Shown here one piece after another: positions 14,686 through 18,467 of a DNA stretch of 18,467 nt (positions within the stretch are counted from its first letter, which is position 1; each line of letters opens with the position of its first letter). The position numbers and the translations under genes are program-made. The stretch spans positions 1 through 18,467 of the forward strand of contig NZ_JAYKGW010000120.1 in the NCBI RefSeq assembly GCF_035285525.1, in the 5' to 3' direction. Source of the DNA: Okeania sp. (GTDB lineage: Bacteria > Cyanobacteriota > Cyanobacteriia > Cyanobacteriales > Microcoleaceae). Under the pieces are notes generated by a model that was not told the origin of the DNA, searched no databases, and worked only from the letters and a program-made list of their open reading frames with translations.

Positions 14686-14720
14686 TCAGTTATCAGTTAT
14701 CAGTTAACAGTTATCAGTAC
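14686..14720. repeat. STRR-type heptamer repeat (TCAGTTA x5) ending 1 nt from the ctaD start codon
   Basis: The sequence is TCAGTTA TCAGTTA TCAGTTA ACAGTTA TCAGTAC. On the mRNA strand this places (TAACTGA)n directly before the AUG at 14684. Confidence 0.9.
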
Positions 14721-14786
14721 TTCCAAGATTTTATGGGGTTTGGTCTTCAAACCCCATACCAAAATTAGAGTTGTTGCCAATACTGA

Positions 14787-14870
14787 CAGGACTTGCGCAG
14801 AAACCGGATTTATAAGAAATTTCCTGGTTTTAACAACAATATCAGGGCAATCAACCCGATTTCTTGGTTG
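14787..14870. mobile_element. MITE of the CAGGACTTACGCA family, same subfamily as 9935-10036, with the right end missing
   Basis: CAGGACTTGCGCAGAAACCGGATTTATAAGAAATTTCCTGGTTTTAACAACAATATC...CCCGATTTCTTGGTTG. The expected CTTTGCGTAAGTCCTG end is absent before the ctaC stop at 14890. Confidence 0.7.
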
Positions 14871-14889
14871 TATATCGCTTTTTTTAGCG

Positions 14890-15954
14890 CTACATTGGAT
14901 GAATTTGATTTAAGGTTTCAGAATCAATTCCCATTTCCTGGGAGTAGGGTTGCAAATATTCGGACTCTGATAAATCAGTAGTATTTACTGCTATAGCTTG
15001 ATTCAATTTTGGTTGTTGAGCATCGTACTCATCGTACTCCTCATACTCATCGTATTCTTCTTCATAAGAATTTTCTGCTATCCAAGCTTCATATTCTTCT
15101 TGGGTTTCAACAACAGTAGTTGTTCTCATTGCTCCGTGGTAAGCACCACAAAGTTCGGCACAATAAACTGGATATTCTCCTGTTTTGGTAGCTACAAAAC
15201 GCAGTTGTGTATCTTTACCAGGAATTGCATCTTGCTTCAGACGGAAAGCAGGTATCCAGAAAGAGTGAATGACATCTGCAGCAGAAAGGTTAATTTGAAT
15301 ATCCTTGTTTACAGGAATATGCAATTCTCCTGCTAAAACACCACTATCAGGATAGGTCATTAACCAACCATATTGAAGACCTTGGATGTCAACTACCACA
15401 TCTGCTGCTTTTGCTCCCTCTTCAGGAGTCGATCCGAAACCATATCTGCTAGCTATTTTTTCACCTACTTCTGTTGACTCCATTGTTTCAGTATCTGCAA
15501 TCAAGGGAGCTGCCATTGCTGCTCCTGGCATTTCTGCCATTTGGTGTTCGGATGTAGCATGGTGAGCCATAATCATTCCATTTGGACTGAAACCACCCAT
15601 CTGTCTGTATACATCTACACTATAAATGCCAAGACCAATCACGATTATGGATGGAATGGCTGTCCAAAATATTTCTAATGGTAAATTTTCTCTAAAGTTG
15701 GCACCATCACTATCATCTCCTTTACGCCGACGAAATTTAATCATGCAAAAGACAATTGTGCCTTCTACCACTAGAAATAAACCCATTCCTATGGTATACA
15801 TGACATCAAAAAAATCATCAACTAGGGGAGCTTGTTCGGAAGCTTGCTCTGGCAACAGACCATGATTTTGACCTGCCCATAAGCTGATTATGGTGACCAC
15901 TACACCAACTACTAGAGTTATAATTGAGACTGGTACTTTTTCTTTTTCTTCCAT
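14890..15954 (-). CDS. ctaC: Cytochrome c oxidase subunit II (CuA-containing)
   Basis: 354 aa with two N-terminal transmembrane helices and the CuA ligand pattern HSFWIP ... CAELCGAYHGAM. It is first in the ctaCDE order. Confidence 0.95.
   Translation of the reverse strand: MEEKEKVPVSIITLVVGVVVTIISLWAGQNHGLLPEQASEQAPLVDDFFDVMYTIGMGLFLVVEGTIVFCMIKFRRRKGDDSDGANFRENLPLEIFWTAIPSIIVIGLGIYSVDVYRQMGGFSPNGMIMAHHATSEHQMAEMPGAAMAAPLIADTETMESTEVGEKIASRYGFGSTPEEGAKAADVVVDIQGLQYGWLMTYPDSGVLAGELHIPVNKDIQINLSAADVIHSFWIPAFRLKQDAIPGKDTQLRFVATKTGEYPVYCAELCGAYHGAMRTTTVVETQEEYEAWIAENSYEEEYDEYEEYDEYDAQQPKLNQAIAVNTTDLSESEYLQPYSQEMGIDSETLNQIHPM
15022..15057 (-). repeat. In-frame 9 bp tandem repeat (x4) inside ctaC encoding EYD-EYE-EYD-EYD
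   Basis: The plus strand reads ATCGTACTC ATCGTACTC CTCATACTC ATCGTATTC. This translates on the minus strand to the YEEEYDEYEEYDEYD acidic stretch of the C-terminal tail. Confidence 0.85.
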
Positions 15955-16374
15955 TTGACTTAGGTTACTTTTTTGTTAGGCGTGAACTTAACCAAACTCA
16001 CACAAAATGCAGAAGCTCCAAAAATAAGCTTCTTGCTTCTGTGAGAACTACCGATTTTAGTTTGTAAATTTTGTTCTCTACAAACTTAAAACCTTGAGTT
16101 TAATTTTAGGTTAAAAACTTAGCTATTTTTAGTTTCAGTTTTTAACAAGAGCCTAGGCAAAGAAACCTGTGACTTATATATTTATACTCGACTACCTAGT
16201 TTAAACTAAACATCTATGTATAACTAGGTATTATGGTTACTTTTTAGGAAAATTTTAGGTTCTCTTTATTTTAAGAAGTTGATTTCGGCAAATTTTATTT
16301 TATTTTAACTATTAAACCATAAAAACGTCCCCTTTTTCTAATAAACAAAGTTAAAATAGAAAAGATATGTAATT

Positions 16375-16409
16375 AATGGATAATGGATAATTGATAATTA
16401 ATAATTACC
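16375..16409. repeat. AT-rich heptamer repeat (AATGGAT/AATTGAT x5)
   Basis: The sequence is AATGGAT AATGGAT AATTGAT AATTAAT AATTACC. Confidence 0.7.
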
Positions 16410-16933
16410 TAAAAGGAAAAAATTTATTTCTCTTGGTCGATAAGATGGTGTACTTCAGAGTGGATCTGCATTCTTGAAAATTCCCCATCTCACTCTACGA
16501 GAAACTACTGAATATCTACCGTTTTTCCACTTTGAAAGGGGGAGGATAATTAAAGTGAATTATTTAATTATTAATTAATTATTCGGCAATATTTATATAT
16601 TATCGACTACGGGTTTATCTGATTTCTTAAAAAGAAACTTTATTTACTCTTAAATTTCATGCTTTAGTGATTCAAAACACAATCACAAAGTGAAAAGTAA
16701 ACTTTTTGGAAAATTGGTGACTTATATAACAATAAACTGTAAAGAAAAAATTAAATCAGAAAACTTTCTAAAGCTCAATAATTATCCAAATTCTATCTAC
16801 TATATTAGTAACAATTACTCACCTTTATAATTTTGTGAACAATTAATATCTTAGTTAAATTAGCAGTAAGCATTCAGCTATTAGGCGTTAGACATCAGCA
16901 ATACCCTGTGCTTAAGGACAAGGTTTAAATAAA

Positions 16934-17036
16934 CAGGACTTACGCAGGGAAACTCAGAAACCCGGTTTCTCGTAGATTCTTACTGTTCAAAACAACGATT
17001 TCTCCTAGAAACCGGGTTCCTCCCGTGTAAGTCCTG
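16934..17036. mobile_element. MITE of the CAGGACTTACGCA family (103 bp)
   Basis: CAGGACTTACGCAGGGAAACTCAGAAACCCGGTTTCT...AGAAACCGGGTTCCTCCCGTGTAAGTCCTG. A perfect 5 bp duplication, ATAAA, lies at 16929-16933 and 17037-17041. Confidence 0.85.
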
Positions 17037-17228
17037 ATAAATATAGACTGTGGAACTGATTTTTAGAGCCAAATTCTTCTAGCTAAATTAATATGCTCAC
17101 TAAAACCAATAGCTGAATTTCCCAGTTCCCACCCAGGAGGCTAGCTGACGGCTGTTTGCGTAGCATTCCGGAGGAAATGCTTACAATTAGCAATAATAAT
17201 ATTTAAAATAAAAAAAAATGTAAAACTT

Positions 17229-18140
17229 ATGGCTAACTCTGTTTTAAATAAAAATGAAATTCTATATTCCCAGTCTCAAGCACGGGAACGTATTAGTGGA
17301 TTAGTATGGAAACTATGTTTAGCCACCCTAATATTAATGGCTATTGGTAGTGCTACCAGAGTAATGAATGCAGGTTTAGCTTGTCCTGACTGGCCTTTGT
17401 GTTATGGTGAGTTAGTACCAATGGCGCAAATGAACTTACAGGTATTTTTAGAATGGTTCCATCGGTTAGATGCCAGTCTAATAGGTTTTGGAGCGATCGC
17501 TCTGATGGGTTTATCTTGGTGGCACAGACAGGAACTTCCCCGTTGGTTACCTTGGACATCGACTTTTGCTTTGGGTCTCATAGTTTTCCAAGGTGTATTG
17601 GGTGGGTTAACAGTTACAGAATTATTACGCTTTGATATTGTTACTGCTCATTTGGGTACGGCATTACTTTATTTTATGACTTTATTAGTTATTGGTATGT
17701 CAATGCTCCCATACAAAGGTACTGGCAACGTTGGTAAATTACCTTGGGTAGGATTAACTGCTGCTATTCTGGTATATCTACAAAGTTTACTCGGTGGGTT
17801 AGTTGCTTCTCAATGGGCGTTACATCAATGTTTTGGCATTGCGGAACTTTGCACCGTAATGAATAGTCACATTTTTGGAGTTGTGCCTCCGACTTTAGCA
17901 ACATTAACATTAGTAGTAATGGCGTGGCGCACTTCTGCTTTGCATCCTCTGTTACGAAAGTTAGCAAACTGGTGTGGTTTATTGGTATTAGCTCAAATTG
18001 GTTTGGGAGTTATTACCTTCCGGTTACGTCTGCAAATTGAGCTATTAACTGTGTCTCACCAAGCTGTGGGAGCAGCATTATTGGGAACTTTAGTCGCTTT
18101 TACTGTTATTGCTTTACGGGATCGAGAAGTTGCTAAGTAG
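17229..18140 (+). CDS. ctaA: Heme A synthase (COX15/CtaA family)
   Basis: 303 aa and polytopic. It has the N-terminal GLACPDWPLCYG motif and conserved His residues in EWFHRLDA, VTAHLG and TVSHQAVG. It is divergent from ctaCDE. Confidence 0.9.
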   Translation: MANSVLNKNEILYSQSQARERISGLVWKLCLATLILMAIGSATRVMNAGLACPDWPLCYGELVPMAQMNLQVFLEWFHRLDASLIGFGAIALMGLSWWHRQELPRWLPWTSTFALGLIVFQGVLGGLTVTELLRFDIVTAHLGTALLYFMTLLVIGMSMLPYKGTGNVGKLPWVGLTAAILVYLQSLLGGLVASQWALHQCFGIAELCTVMNSHIFGVVPPTLATLTLVVMAWRTSALHPLLRKLANWCGLLVLAQIGLGVITFRLRLQIELLTVSHQAVGAALLGTLVAFTVIALRDREVAK

Positions 18141-18193
18141 CGTTCAGCTATCAGCTCAAGTTTTGCTATCCGCCAAGAAATGATCCCCCCTGG

Positions 18194-18258
18194 GAGAATG
18201 TTCAAAGTCCCCCTTTCAAAGGGGGGGAGAATGTTCAAAGTCCCCCTTTCAAAGGGGG
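18194..18258. repeat. Tandem repeat, 2 x 32-33 bp, each with a CCCCCTTTCAAAGGGGG hairpin
   Basis: GAGAATGTTCAAAGTCCCCCTTTCAAAGGGGG occurs at 18194-18225 and at 18227-18258. Confidence 0.9.
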
Positions 18259-18309
18259 ATTTAGGGGGATTCTAAATCATTTATATCCCTCAGTTTTTAT
18301 CCCCCCCTG

Positions 18310-18467
18310 CCCCCCTTTGTAAGGGGGGAGTTAAGAAAAAATCCCCCCTTTGTAAGGGGGGAGTTAAGAAAAAATCCCCCTTTGTAAGGGGGGAGTTAAG
18401 AAAAAATCCCCCTTTGTAAGGGGGGAGTTAAGAAAAAATCCCCCTTTGTAAGGGGGGAGTTAAGAAA
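18310..18467. repeat. Tandem repeat, 5 x 33-34 bp, each with a CCCCC(C)TTTGTAAGGGGGG hairpin plus an AGTTAAGAAAAAAT spacer; runs off the window edge
   Basis: Five near-identical consecutive units with no unique spacers between them. Confidence 0.9.

Noticed and set aside
13558-15865. Plus-strand ORFs 13558-13806, 14098-14376, 14793-14981, 14998-15336 and 15626-15865
   Set aside because: They are antisense shadows of the well-supported ctaD and ctaC genes or lie in MITE DNA, and they have low-complexity or implausible sequences.
14890-15954. Whether this oxidase is the ARTO/quinol-oxidase-type (cox3-like) paralogue rather than a cytochrome c oxidase
   Set aside because: Subunit II keeps the complete CuA ligand set (H...C.E.C..H..M), which ARTO-type subunit II proteins lack. 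The divergent ctaA also fits a primary cta locus. I cannot decide from sequence alone whether it is the vegetative (cox1) or the heterocyst (cox2) paralogue.
16218-16231. Possible NtcA binding site (GTA-N8-TAC) in the ctaC upstream region
   Set aside because: The match is GTA-N8-TAT, not TAC. A neighbouring GTA...TAC has N7 spacing, and no -10 box lies at the expected distance. It is insufficient to call.
17353-18238. ORFs 17353-17559 (-), 17453-17635 (+), 17764-17967 (-) and 18056-18238 (-)
   Set aside because: They overlap ctaA in antisense or alternative frames, or run into the hairpin repeats. ctaA is strongly supported.
18194-18467. Possible CRISPR array, given the regular ~33 bp periodicity with palindromic cores
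   Set aside because: The units are directly tandem with no unique spacers between repeats, and no cas genes are in view. It is a tandem hairpin repeat, not a CRISPR.

Overview
This window looks like a chromosomal segment of a filamentous, Nostocales-like cyanobacterium. The evidence is HIP1 octamers (GCGATCGC at 1693, 3202, 4026, 10600, 10627, 13807, 14314, 17493), STRR-type heptamer arrays, and the gene content.

Core genes:
- A CysZ/EI24-family membrane protein (2388-3245, +).
- The photoprotection pair OCP (4810-5769, -) and FRP (4290-4619, -), separated by an intrinsic terminator.
- NAD kinase (10096-11031, -).
- The aa3-type cytochrome c oxidase operon ctaC-ctaD-ctaE (15954 down to 11603, -).
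- Heme A synthase ctaA (17229-18140, +), divergent from the cta operon.

Accessory or decayed content:
- An IS630-family transposase fragment at the left edge.
- A roughly 1.4 kb degraded IS with about 55 bp inverted ends (338-1744).
- A heavily degraded small ORF (3314-3941, -).
- A solitary phnG remnant (6055-6438).
- An AT-rich island of about 2.5 kb (roughly 7170-9660). It carries a C5 DNA methyltransferase and convergent, unrecognisable ORFs whose reading frame is split by a +1 shift.

That island is the best candidate for something new: a restriction-modification or other defence module, possibly decaying. I cannot assign its partner proteins to any family by eye.

Almost every intergenic space holds small repeats:
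- A MITE superfamily with CAGGACTTACGCA termini and 5 bp target duplications.
- A second MITE family flanked by TA.
- Three tandem GTAGGTTGGGTT-type units inside the ctaD-ctaE spacer.
- Heptamer and octamer microsatellites that abut start or stop codons.
- A tandem hairpin array after ctaA.
- A roughly 110 bp module that sits directly upstream of two unrelated start codons.

All calls come from reading the sequence and from remembered family motifs. No database search was possible.
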